A stretch of 64,000 nucleotides of DNA from positions 672,001-736,000 of the forward strand of contig OZ245365.1 of the NCBI GenBank assembly GCA_965226495.1. The letters are read 5' to 3'. The stretch's first letter is position 1. Each line of letters starts with the position of its first letter. The notes under the pieces were generated by a model. That model had not been told where the DNA came from, did no database searches, and saw only the letters and a program-made list of their open reading frames with translations. Both the position numbers and the translations under genes were made by a program. The stretch is from Candidatus Marinacidobacterales bacterium (GTDB lineage: Bacteria > Acidobacteriota > Vicinamibacteria > Marinacidobacterales > DATDRI01). Shown here one piece after another: positions 27,342-36,985 of the stretch.

Positions 27342-29141
27342 TTAAGCTCCTTCCTCGATGATCTTCTTGAGTTCGTCTGGCAATTCCGGTTGCTCTCGGC
27401 TCATTATGGCCATCTCGTTTCCTTCTTGTTTGATCGCGAGCTCGATCCGCTCCTGCTTGGGATCGCTGGCCTGATAATCCAAACGCGAGTGAGCGCCCCG
27501 GCTCTCCGTTCGCTCGAGCCCGGCTCGCGCCACCGCTTCGGATACGATCATCAGCGACTTCAAATCGATCGCGGTGTTCCACCCCGGGTTGTACTCACGG
27601 TTGCCGGTGACACCAACTTTGGCCACTCGTTCCTTGATCTTTCCGAGATCATCGATCGCTCGCTTCAAGGTCGACGCCTCACGGATGATGCCGGCTTCGT
27701 TTTGCATGACTTTCTGGAGCGCGGCTTGTACCTGGAAGGGATTCTCTTCGGAGTCGCGATCGAAAGGAGCCAGGGCTTGGGCGATGCCGCGGTCGATCTC
27801 CGCTTCGGGGACCTCGGGTGCGGTCCCGTTCTTCTTGGCGAAATCTGCCGCGCCGGCCCCGGCCCGCCGCCCAAACACCAAGAGATCGCTCAAAGAGTTG
27901 CCTCCCAGACGGTTGGCGCCGTGCATTCCTCCCGTGACCTCGCCCGCAGCAAAAAGACCAGGGACGGTGGACTCTTGTGTCTCTGCATCCACCTTGATGC
28001 CACCCATGACGTAGTGGGTCGTGGGCCCAACTTCCATTGGCTCTTTCGTAATGTCCACGCCCGCCAGCTCTCTGAACTGGTGGTACATGCTGGGAAGTTT
28101 CTTCTTGATGTACTCCGCATTCTGCTTCGACGCGATGTCCAGGAAGGCGCCGCCGCGTGGACTTCCTCTTCCCGCTTCCACCTCGGCGAGGATCGCGCGC
28201 GCCACCACGTCGCGGGTCAGGAGCTCCGGTGGTCTGCGATTGTTCACCCGATCGCCGGCGACCCACCCATCGGCTTCGGCCTCGGTCTCGGCGTAGTCTC
28301 CCTTGAACATGTCCGGAACGTTGTCGAACATAAACCGCCTGCCCTCGGAGTTCCTGAGGACGCCTCCTTCTCCGCGGACACCCTCGGTCACCAAGATTCC
28401 CTTCACGCTCGGGGGCGAGACCATTCCGGTGGGATGGAACTGAACGAACTCCATATCGATGAGCTCGGCTCCCGCTTCGTAAGCAAGAGCGTGCCCATCA
28501 CCCGTGTACTCCCAGGAGTTCGAGGTGATCTGCCACGCCTTGCCGATACCGCCGGTCGCGAGCACCACCGCTTTCGCGCTGAAGAAAACAAAGCGGCCGG
28601 TCTCCCGCCAATAGGCGATGGCTCCCGCCACGCGGCCCCCAACGGTTGAGAGCGCCGTGACGGCGCACTCCATGGAGACGTCGATCCCGCTGTGGACGCC
28701 CTTGTCTTGGAGCACCCGGATCATCTCGAGTCCGGTTCGGTCACCAACGTGAGCGAGCCGCGAGTAAGTATGCCCACCGAACGGCCGTTGGTTGATGCGT
28801 CCGTCGTCGGTGCGGTCGAAGAGCGCTCCCCACGACTCCAGCTCGCGGACCCGGTCTGGAGATTCCTGCGCGTGGATTTGTGCCATGCGCCAGTTATTGT
28901 GCATCTTGCCGCCGCGCATCGTGTCGCGGAAGTGAACCTTCCAGTTGTCTTCGGAACGCACGTTGGCAAGGGCCGCCGCCGCACCGCCTTCCGCCATCAC
29001 CGTGTGAGCCTTGCCGAGCAGCGACTTACAGATCAGGCCGACCTTCGCGCCTTTCGCGCTTGCTTCGATGGCGGCGCGTAATCCCGCCCCGCCCGCTCCT
29101 ATCACGATGACGTCGAAATCTCGGCGTTGTATGTCAGCCAT
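27342..29141 (-). CDS. sdhA: Succinate dehydrogenase/fumarate reductase flavoprotein subunit
   Basis: GAGGAG, KAHTVMAEGG (covalent FAD His), QFHPTG, HYVMGG, HGANRLGGNSL, ESRGAH. Start ATG 29141 (TAATG overlap). Confidence 0.96.
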   Translation of the reverse strand: MADIQRRDFDVIVIGAGGAGLRAAIEASAKGAKVGLICKSLLGKAHTVMAEGGAAAALANVRSEDNWKVHFRDTMRGGKMHNNWRMAQIHAQESPDRVRELESWGALFDRTDDGRINQRPFGGHTYSRLAHVGDRTGLEMIRVLQDKGVHSGIDVSMECAVTALSTVGGRVAGAIAYWRETGRFVFFSAKAVVLATGGIGKAWQITSNSWEYTGDGHALAYEAGAELIDMEFVQFHPTGMVSPPSVKGILVTEGVRGEGGVLRNSEGRRFMFDNVPDMFKGDYAETEAEADGWVAGDRVNNRRPPELLTRDVVARAILAEVEAGRGSPRGGAFLDIASKQNAEYIKKKLPSMYHQFRELAGVDITKEPMEVGPTTHYVMGGIKVDAETQESTVPGLFAAGEVTGGMHGANRLGGNSLSDLLVFGRRAGAGAADFAKKNGTAPEVPEAEIDRGIAQALAPFDRDSEENPFQVQAALQKVMQNEAGIIREASTLKRAIDDLGKIKERVAKVGVTGNREYNPGWNTAIDLKSLMIVSEAVARAGLERTESRGAHSRLDYQASDPKQERIELAIKQEGNEMAIMSREQPELPDELKKIIEEGA

Positions 29142-29932
29142 TAGAAAAGCCTCGGGTCGTTGATGATGCCCATCGCGCAGAGTCGGATGTAGACGTCGGT
29201 CAGCGCGACCCAGATCAGCGAGCACCACGCCCATACCATGTGATTCCGATTCAGAAAGCTCACTACGCTCCAGGCCTTGAAACGCGCCTTGCCGAACGAC
29301 GTGCAGGAAAAGCAATCTACGTTTCCGCCCACCAAATGACGAAACGAGTGGCACCCGAACGTGTACCCTCCGAGGAGAATGACGTTGAGGGTCATGACCA
29401 GTGTGCCGACGCCGACCCCGAACTCGTGCGCGCCGGCGAGCATTTCGCCGTTCGCACCAACTCCGTTTACCGGCCAGCTCATGGCCAGAAAGGCGTCGTA
29501 GCCCAGGATGAAGATGAAAAGGATGGCCAAGTACATGAAGAAGCGGTGGAGGTTCTGGAAAAGAAAGAGTTTCGTCTCCCCGCTATAGCTGTGCCGGGCC
29601 TCTCCAACCGCGCAAGCCACCGGGTCGAGGAAGAAGGCCCGATAGTACGCCTTGCGGTAGTAGTAGCACGTGGCTCGGAAACCCAGCGGCGCGCCTAGAA
29701 TCAAAAACGCAGGTGAGAGTGGCCACCAGTCGAACTGCAAGAGTGGTGAGTAGAACGGTGAGAGGTAGGGGCCCCACTCGAAATACTCGCCGATCCAGGC
29801 GGCCCAGGTCGAGTAGATCCCGAACGAACCCAAGACCATCGCGGTTACGAGCGGCTGAACCCACCAGGCATCTCGCCGAACGGTCGCGCCGAGCCTTCGC
29901 TCGGCCAGATCTTGCGCAGTTATTGTACTCAT
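29141..29932 (-). CDS. sdhC: Succinate dehydrogenase membrane anchor, mycobacterial Sdh1 (type F)-like
   Basis: YLSPFYSP, FRATCYYYRKAYYR, FQNLHRFF, FGCHSFRHLVGG..CFSC, HMVWAWCSL..DVYIRL. First gene of the sdh operon. Confidence 0.85.
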   Translation of the reverse strand: MSTITAQDLAERRLGATVRRDAWWVQPLVTAMVLGSFGIYSTWAAWIGEYFEWGPYLSPFYSPLLQFDWWPLSPAFLILGAPLGFRATCYYYRKAYYRAFFLDPVACAVGEARHSYSGETKLFLFQNLHRFFMYLAILFIFILGYDAFLAMSWPVNGVGANGEMLAGAHEFGVGVGTLVMTLNVILLGGYTFGCHSFRHLVGGNVDCFSCTSFGKARFKAWSVVSFLNRNHMVWAWCSLIWVALTDVYIRLCAMGIINDPRLF

Positions 29933-30028
29933 TGTTGCTCCCGGATGGTTCTTTCTCGAACAGACGGGCGAACGGTCGAGAGATTGTATTGTCGGGAAGG
30001 TCGGGCTGTCAATGAGTCGTGCGCATCA

Positions 30029-31944
30029 TCACAAGAACACGTAGCGTTCGTAGAAACGCGGTGCCATCTCGGAGAACGCGAGGAGCCCTCCGATAACGAC
30101 CGCCAGTAAGAGGGCGATCGCTGCAAGGAGTCCGACTCGGCCCTTCTTCCGAAAACCTGCCACCCCCGCCATCATGACGCCGGCGCCGACAGCCAACATC
30201 GCGCCCACCCAGTAGAGCTCCTTCTGAAAGTGAAAGAGTTGTAACCAGTAGTAACGGAGCGCGTAGGCGACGGCCCCGGACAAAGCCCAAGCGGCAACAA
30301 TTAATCGGAGTGGCGCCGAGCTCGCTCGCTTAAGGGCATAGGCCACTCCGGCGGTCCCGAGCACGATGACCGAGCCCCCGAGGAACTCGATGGCGCGCGC
30401 CATCGCTGAGGTCAATCGTGACCCCAGAGGGAGCTCGGTCGCGTTCGGGACTTCCACGCCCGCCGGAAGAATCGCCGCGAAGACATTCGACACCGTTTCG
30501 GGATGGTAGGTCATGAGTCCAAGGGCGGCCCCGGTCAGCCCGGCCCCGGCCAACCGAAGCGCTCCTGCTCGACCGAGCCCACCGAGGAGAGGCGCGAGAA
30601 TCAGCAAGGATCCGACGAAGAGGCCTTGATGAATGAATCCGGACGTGTAGACGGCCAGGCTTGCCGCGATGAGCACCATCGTCGTGACGATACGGCGAGC
30701 CGGGAAGAGCGAAAGCGAAATACGAGCCAGGTAGGCGATGACGATCAAATCCAATAGATGACCCAGCAGCGCCGATAGCTCCAAGAGGAGGAGACTGCGA
30801 GTGTAGGCGGGAGTGAAGAGATAGATAACTCCGGCGAACAAGTCGGCCTGCGGCGCGCCGCTGAGCCGCCTGGCAAGATACCCCACCGGCAGCAGTGCGA
30901 GTGCGCTGAGGACGGCGCCGCCGAGCTTCAACCAAAGGACGGGGGCGTGATAGAACGAGTTTCCGAGATGAGCGAGTAGATAGAAAGCTACCGGGTAAGG
31001 GAACGCTTGGTACACACCTCCTACCGGGGCAACTCCAAGGTTGTGATGCATTTGGTACTCGGGGAGTCGATTCCAAAAATCGAGAACGCCCCGGTGGTAG
31101 ACCAACTCCAAAAGAGTCTGGTGAATGGAAACGTCTGTGAAGAAGAAGCTCGGATGAAAGACCAGGAAGCCTTTGAGGAGGAGTGCCACGTAAAGCAAAG
31201 CCAAGAACCAGGGGCTCAGCCGTGGGGCAAGCAGTCTCGCTACTCCGATCACGGGAAGCCCCAGCATCGCCAACGCCGCCCCACGCCGCACGAGATGAAC
31301 GGTGGCAAACGGATCCTGAAAGCTAAGGGCCCAGAGGATCGTCGCGAGAACCAGCGATGCGATGAGAGACGCGGAAATGGAGAGCCCGCCCAAGCCGAGA
31401 ACGAGGAAGGAAAGCACGAGAAGAATCGCGCCTTGCTGTGCGAGTCGCGCCTGAGGCCTCGCCCTGTGCCCTTTCCATTCGACCCTATCGATTCTCAGTG
31501 TGCCGGGCGAGCCGTCTTGCGTCTCCGACCTGAGGCGAATGCTCGCCCTCGCGCGGGTCTCGGGGAGCTCGACGACGATCTCTCGAAAATCCGAGAAAGG
31601 CGGGATCGTCATCTGGCGGGTCGTCCCGTCGTCCAATTCGATCTTGAGAACGACCGCTTCAGAAGCGGGTTGTGTGACGGCGAGCACGACGCTTCCCGGT
31701 CCCTGAACCGTGACCGGAAGTTGAAGCCGAGCGCGCCTTCCCATCTGCCGCCAGGTGCGCTCGCGTCATAGCGCCAGTAGTCGGAAAGACCCTGGACGTA
31801 GTCGGCATCTCCCGGACCAATGTCCATGTTTAGCCGCTCGTGTCGAAGACTGCCAAGGAGAAGGACGTAGGAGGCGAGACAGACAAGCAACGCGGCGAAC
31901 GCCCAGCGAAGCGCGGTGAAGCGGTGGTTTACCTGGGGGCTCAT
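30029..31944 (-). CDS. Polytopic membrane protein, putative GT-C glycosyltransferase, split by a single-base frameshift near 31764
   Basis: ORFs 31609..31944 and 30029..31744 join as ...DYWRYD(G)ERTWRQMGRRARLQ if one base is restored. Periplasmic beta domain, then about 12 TM helices with FFFTDVSIH and PYPVAFY. Confidence 0.65.
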
Positions 31945-31945
31945 T

Positions 31946-32656
31946 TCATGGTGTGTCCGCCCGCCGCTCTTCGTGAACGAGACGGCGGAGCCGCGACATG
32001 CGATAGAGGGTGGTTAGGAAGGCCCACCCGAACGGTATGAGGCGGGCGTGGGAGCGTCCGCTCTTGCGGGGCTGGTAGTTGAAGGGAGTTTCGGAGATGT
32101 TACAACCCTTCGCGTAGAGGAGAACCAGGATCTCGGGAAGTACATCGAATTTCTCGGAGCGGAACTCGATCCCCTGGAGCGCCGCCCGACGGTAGAGACG
32201 AAAGCCGGTTGAAAGGTCTCGATAAGGAAGGTCCAGCACCAGTCCGTAAACGGTATTGAGGACGCGGCTCAACAGTAGACGGAATTGCGACATGTCCGCG
32301 GTACCGCCCTCGACGTAGCGAGAGGCGATGAGAAGGTCGGAAGTCTCTCTCTTGTGGAAAAGATCGGCCACGAAAGACGGTGGGTGAGAATAGTCGGCGT
32401 CCATCGTCAGGATGTGCTTCCCCTGGGCCGCCGAGAACCCGGCATGAAGCGCTCCACCGTAGCCGGGTCGTTCTTGTGTGATGACGGAGACGCCATGCTG
32501 TCTGGCGACGTCCTGGCTGCCGTCGGAAGAACCGCCATCGACGACTAGGATCTCGTAAGTCACTTGCAAAGCATCGGCGACCCGTTTGAGCTCAGGGAGC
32601 AGGAGGGAAAGATTTTTCGCTTCGTTCCAAACCGGTAGAACGATTGTGAGCTTCAC
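31946..32656 (-). CDS. GT2 polyprenol-phosphate-sugar synthase (DPM1/Ppm1-like)
   Basis: IVLPVWNE, VDGGSSDG, GYGGAL, MDADYSHPP, ASRYVEGG, DLSTGFRLYR. Confidence 0.9.
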   Translation of the reverse strand: MKLTIVLPVWNEAKNLSLLLPELKRVADALQVTYEILVVDGGSSDGSQDVARQHGVSVITQERPGYGGALHAGFSAAQGKHILTMDADYSHPPSFVADLFHKRETSDLLIASRYVEGGTADMSQFRLLLSRVLNTVYGLVLDLPYRDLSTGFRLYRRAALQGIEFRSEKFDVLPEILVLLYAKGCNISETPFNYQPRKSGRSHARLIPFGWAFLTTLYRMSRLRRLVHEERRADTP

Positions 32657-32724
32657 GAGAGGGTTATCCTATCGTAATTCGATCCATGCGCACCCGGGGG
32701 TGGTCGGGAGCGGGCTGGTGGGCA

Positions 32725-34515
32725 CTAGTTTTCCGTGGCGGGTTCTGGCGGTACGCGCAGGATGCGCAGGGTCGGGCCAACCAGCTTTCCGTCTTCTGGT
32801 TTGAACTCGGCGACTTGAGGACAGATGTTAAAGAGCTTTTGATAGTTTTGCGTTTGGCGGTGGTCGGGACCATACCTTTGGTACTGAATGGAAGAGACGA
32901 TCAGGTACTCGACGCCATCGGCGCGGTAGTCGCGCACCGCCCGATTGATAATGCGGGCTTCGTTGGTGATTTGATAACGATCGTCGTCCAGCACCACCGT
33001 GCTCCGTTCCACTGCGAAGCGTGTCCCAGGTGGAAACTCTTCTTCGATCCATCGGGCAGCATGTGTTCCTGTGTCGAGCATGTTGACGGCACGGTTGTGC
33101 TGGAGAGACATGTCGATTGGGAACCAGAACGTTGCAACAAGGAGGCCGGTGAGCAGGATTGGTTGAGCAGACAGTTTGATCTTGTCTTGGAGAAGGTTGT
33201 CCGAGGCCGAAGCCAGCTGGTGGATGGCGTATGCGGCCAGTATGGCTATAAATGGATAGACCGGAATGAGGTTGCCAGGGAAAATGACTTTCTGGGAGGA
33301 AAAAAAGGAGTAATAGAGAATGGGGAAGGTCAAGAAAACCGCGGTCGCCCGTTCGAGTCGATAAAGAGCCATTCCCAGCCCACCCAAACCCGCCAACAAA
33401 GCAAGGATGCCCGTACCATAGAGGGCTGCGTAGCGCGCATGCGTGTACCAGTTGTCGACGCCCTCCGCGCCGAGGCGACCGCCGAATCCGTAAGTAAACA
33501 TGGGCTCCGAAATGTTGTTGAGAAACCGAGGGAGATCGGTCATGAAGTAGGGACAGCCCATGAAGAATCCAGCGACCGAGCCCGCTGCGCCGAGATAGAG
33601 GTCGGGGGTAGTGAGGAATCTAGGGCCGCGCCGAAAAACGACCGCCAGCACGAAGGGTAAAAGAACCACCGCCCCGTTGTACTTCGCAGCCACGGTCAGA
33701 CCGATGGCTACCCCGCAAGAAAACGCGAGGACTCTTCCACCTTTGTCCAGATAACTCAGGCCGAGGAGCACGCTGACCGCGGTCATCAGGGTTAGCAAGG
33801 CGTCTGGCTTGTTGTACTGTGAAACTTCGACCGTTCCAGGAAACACCGCGAGCAAAGCCGCAGCGGTCAATCCCACTCCGATGCCGAAGAGCCTTCGGCC
33901 CATGAAGAAGCTGACCAGCACGACAGCCGTGCCCGGAATGACCCCGGCGGCAAATCGCCCCCAGTACAACATGTCCTCGACTGTGAGTTGGTGAACACTC
34001 GACCAGATTCCCTTCGGCACACTTAGCAGGTATACGACGATATAGGTGACGACATTGACGTACGACTTCAAGCTGGGATGGAACCACCAGTGTGGGTTGA
34101 GATCGCCGCGCTTGAGCATCTGGAGGTAGGCGTGGACGAAGTCGTACTCGTCTGGGATGTAACTTTGAGGCAGCCCATAGCTGATACCACTGAGGCGGAG
34201 GGCAAAAGCGATGGCTACGATGAGCGACAGAAGGATGGCAGTTGAGTAGCGGCGGAGGAGACGCGTGATTTGCGCGAGCGAGCGCGGCGCACCGTAGCGG
34301 CGGATCAACATCCACAGCCCGGTAACCGCGACTGCGCTCCATGCCAAGAGCTGCCTGGAGACAGCGTCTTCAGCGAATCGCAAGAAGTAGGCGTTGGTGA
34401 GAATCGTGAACGTCGAAAAGAGCAACAGGAGCCATTCGATGCGATGGCCCCGAGGCTCGTGAGGAAACCATGGGCGATCCGAATCTTCGCTCGGAATGGC
34501 TATTTTTTTCGTCAA
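32725..34515 (-). CDS. ArnT/PMT-like GT-C glycosyltransferase
   Basis: LRLSGISYGLP..PDE, NPHWWFHPS, SQYNKPD, GLTVAAKYNG. Multiple TM helices and a periplasmic C-terminal domain (DTGTHAARWI). Confidence 0.85.
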   Translation of the reverse strand: MTKKIAIPSEDSDRPWFPHEPRGHRIEWLLLLFSTFTILTNAYFLRFAEDAVSRQLLAWSAVAVTGLWMLIRRYGAPRSLAQITRLLRRYSTAILLSLIVAIAFALRLSGISYGLPQSYIPDEYDFVHAYLQMLKRGDLNPHWWFHPSLKSYVNVVTYIVVYLLSVPKGIWSSVHQLTVEDMLYWGRFAAGVIPGTAVVLVSFFMGRRLFGIGVGLTAAALLAVFPGTVEVSQYNKPDALLTLMTAVSVLLGLSYLDKGGRVLAFSCGVAIGLTVAAKYNGAVVLLPFVLAVVFRRGPRFLTTPDLYLGAAGSVAGFFMGCPYFMTDLPRFLNNISEPMFTYGFGGRLGAEGVDNWYTHARYAALYGTGILALLAGLGGLGMALYRLERATAVFLTFPILYYSFFSSQKVIFPGNLIPVYPFIAILAAYAIHQLASASDNLLQDKIKLSAQPILLTGLLVATFWFPIDMSLQHNRAVNMLDTGTHAARWIEEEFPPGTRFAVERSTVVLDDDRYQITNEARIINRAVRDYRADGVEYLIVSSIQYQRYGPDHRQTQNYQKLFNICPQVAEFKPEDGKLVGPTLRILRVPPEPATEN

Positions 34516-34623
34516 ACGGTCGGGCTCCTACACCCGCAGTGCGCGATCGTAACAATCGTGATGTCCGCCCGTCAATTTACTCGGCTTGCCGAATGCGCAG
34601 AAACGACCGCTCAAGAACCTCGA

Positions 34624-35883
34624 TCAAGAAAGATGCCGGGGCAGTTCGATCGACGGCGACGGGAATCCCTCAACTTCCTCCAGACATCGGGCGTAATCCT
34701 CGAACATTACGTTAGGACTATGCTCCGCCTCGATATACTCTCTCGCCTTTCTCTCTAGCCGTCTTCGGCGATCCGGGGCTCTGACAAGATCGAGCACATC
34801 GCAGAAAAGACCGTCTTCATCGCCGTCCAGGCTCGCTCGTGCCAGGACGTCGTCGGGGAAATCGAGTGCCTGCACCTGATCCGTCACCACCACTGCTCTC
34901 CCGGCCGCTAAGAGACGAAGAAGCGTGGCGGAAGTCTCTCCCGCGGTCGGGTAACGCAGATTCAAACAAAGATCCGCTGCTGCCGCGTAGAGCCAGAATC
35001 TCTGCTCTTCGACTCTTTCGGTCAGCTCCACGTGCTCGGCGACGCCCAGCTGCTCGGCTTCCTCGCGAACGTCGTAGTGGGGCACGGTGCCCCCGACGAG
35101 GATGTACTGCGCGTCGATGCCCTCGTTCAACAAGCGCCGGAGCGAGCGAAGAGCAATGGAGATGCGTTTTTCCGGAGTGACTAAGCCGAAGGACGCTAGG
35201 ATGATCTTCTTTCCGAGTCCGAGACGCTGGCGCGCCTCCTCGCGCGAGACCCCCTCCGGGGCCGCGATGCCCATGCGAACGACCCGTACATTGCTTCCCG
35301 GACAACTTTCGAGGAGCTTATCGCGCGCCGCACCGCTATGAACGAGAACCATTTTGCTCGCGTTGACGAGGAGCTCATGGAGCGGGTACTCGTAGAGAAG
35401 TCTTCCGCCTCCCATCCGTATGGCGATCTCGGCAACCTCGGTGCCTTCAAGGGGGTACGAGGCTTCTACTTCCGAGGTGTACTCGGATAGTTTATCGAAC
35501 GCCCGGTCGCGTTTCGCGGTATTGCCCATGTCGGCTCGGTACTCGACGACCTCGGGGCTTTTCATGTACATGGCGAGACGTGAGTGGTGGAGCACGAGGT
35601 CGTGGAGGACTACCACGCCGGGGTGACGGAATGCGATCGAGTAGATGAAGTCGTGGTGAAGGCTGTTGCCTATCTGGTAGACAGGGATCGCTTTCGGTTC
35701 GACGGTTTGGCGCTGCTCGAATGTTTTCCAGGGATAGCATGGAACGTCGAGCGTTGAGTCGATGGCACCGTTGGTGTAGGCCTCGACGGGAAACTTTGCC
35801 GCGAGTCCTTCGAGAAGGAGGCGACTGTAGTCTGCGACACCTGTGGGTGAAGGTGGCAAAGGCGAGAACAGGGCGACCCTCAT
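34624..35883 (-). CDS. Glycosyltransferase family 4
   Basis: FSPLPPSPTGVADYS, YQIGNS..H, FGLVTPEKR, LRYPTAGETSATLLRLLAAG. Confidence 0.88.
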   Translation of the reverse strand: MRVALFSPLPPSPTGVADYSRLLLEGLAAKFPVEAYTNGAIDSTLDVPCYPWKTFEQRQTVEPKAIPVYQIGNSLHHDFIYSIAFRHPGVVVLHDLVLHHSRLAMYMKSPEVVEYRADMGNTAKRDRAFDKLSEYTSEVEASYPLEGTEVAEIAIRMGGGRLLYEYPLHELLVNASKMVLVHSGAARDKLLESCPGSNVRVVRMGIAAPEGVSREEARQRLGLGKKIILASFGLVTPEKRISIALRSLRRLLNEGIDAQYILVGGTVPHYDVREEAEQLGVAEHVELTERVEEQRFWLYAAAADLCLNLRYPTAGETSATLLRLLAAGRAVVVTDQVQALDFPDDVLARASLDGDEDGLFCDVLDLVRAPDRRRRLERKAREYIEAEHSPNVMFEDYARCLEEVEGFPSPSIELPRHLS

Positions 35884-35887
35884 GCTT

Positions 35888-36985
35888 CTACGTCGAAAAG
35901 AAGTTTTTCACTTCGTCCGCCACCCGGTGCGCATCTTCCTCGCCGAGCTCCGGATAGATCGGGAGGCATAGCACCTCGGCGGCCGCTCTCTCGGCAATCG
36001 GGAAACTTCCCGTCTTCAATCCCAAGTGTTGGTATACGGGTTGGAGATGAATCGGGTGGGGGTAATGAATGGCCGATGCGACTCCTCTTTCCTCGAGATG
36101 AAGGCGGAGTGCGTCCCGCCGCGTCGAGCGCACAGTGTACTGGTGATACACCGCTCGACAGCCGGGTGCTTCCTTTGGAAGGCGCAGATCGGCGATCCCA
36201 TGTAGCTCCTGCGAGTAGATCGTCGCGAGGTGTCGCCGTTTTTCGTTCCATCCCTCCAAATGGCGTAGTTTCACGCGGAGGAGGGCGGCCTGAAGATTAT
36301 CGAGACGACTGCTGACTCCCTCGAGGGCGTGCTCGTATTTGGCGTGCTTGCCATGGTTGCTGAGAAGTCGAACACGCTCGATGAGGTTGGTGTCGTTCGA
36401 AACGAGCATTCCCGCATCTCCGGCAGCGCCGAGATTCTTGGTGGGGTAGAAGCTGAAGCACCCGATGGCACCGACGGCGCCGGCTCGCTTGCCCTCGAAC
36501 TCGGCTCCGTGGGCCTGCGCCGCATCTTCGACGATCGTCAACTGGCGAGATACGCGTGCCAAGCCGTTCATGTCGGCCGGATGACCGTAAAGGTGAACGG
36601 GAATGACGGCCTTGGTTTTCTCGCTGAGATGCGATTCCACCGCCTTCGGATCGAGATTCATAGTTTCTTCTTCGATGTCGGCGAAGACCACACGCGCCCC
36701 GTTACGCGATATGGCCTCGGCGGTAGCTATGAAGCTGAAAGGTGTCGTGACCACTTCGTCGCCCGGTCCGAGCCCGAGTGCCTTGAGAGCAAGAAAGAGG
36801 GCGTCGCTGCCGTTGGCCACACCACAGGCCGCGGAGGTCCCGCAAAACGCGGCGAACTCCTTCTCGAACGAGCGGCAGGCCTCGCCTTGGACGAAGGCAC
36901 CTTCTCGCAGGACCTCTTCAACGGCGACGTCGATCTCTTTCTTGAGGCTTCGGTATTGCGCGCTGAGATTGGCGACCGGGATCAT
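35888..36985 (-). CDS. DegT/DnrJ/EryC1/StrS PLP-dependent sugar aminotransferase
   Basis: PVHLYGHPADM, EDAAQAHG, FSFYPTKNLGAAGDAG, SRLDNLQAA. Confidence 0.95.
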   Translation of the reverse strand: MIPVANLSAQYRSLKKEIDVAVEEVLREGAFVQGEACRSFEKEFAAFCGTSAACGVANGSDALFLALKALGLGPGDEVVTTPFSFIATAEAISRNGARVVFADIEEETMNLDPKAVESHLSEKTKAVIPVHLYGHPADMNGLARVSRQLTIVEDAAQAHGAEFEGKRAGAVGAIGCFSFYPTKNLGAAGDAGMLVSNDTNLIERVRLLSNHGKHAKYEHALEGVSSRLDNLQAALLRVKLRHLEGWNEKRRHLATIYSQELHGIADLRLPKEAPGCRAVYHQYTVRSTRRDALRLHLEERGVASAIHYPHPIHLQPVYQHLGLKTGSFPIAERAAAEVLCLPIYPELGEEDAHRVADEVKNFFST

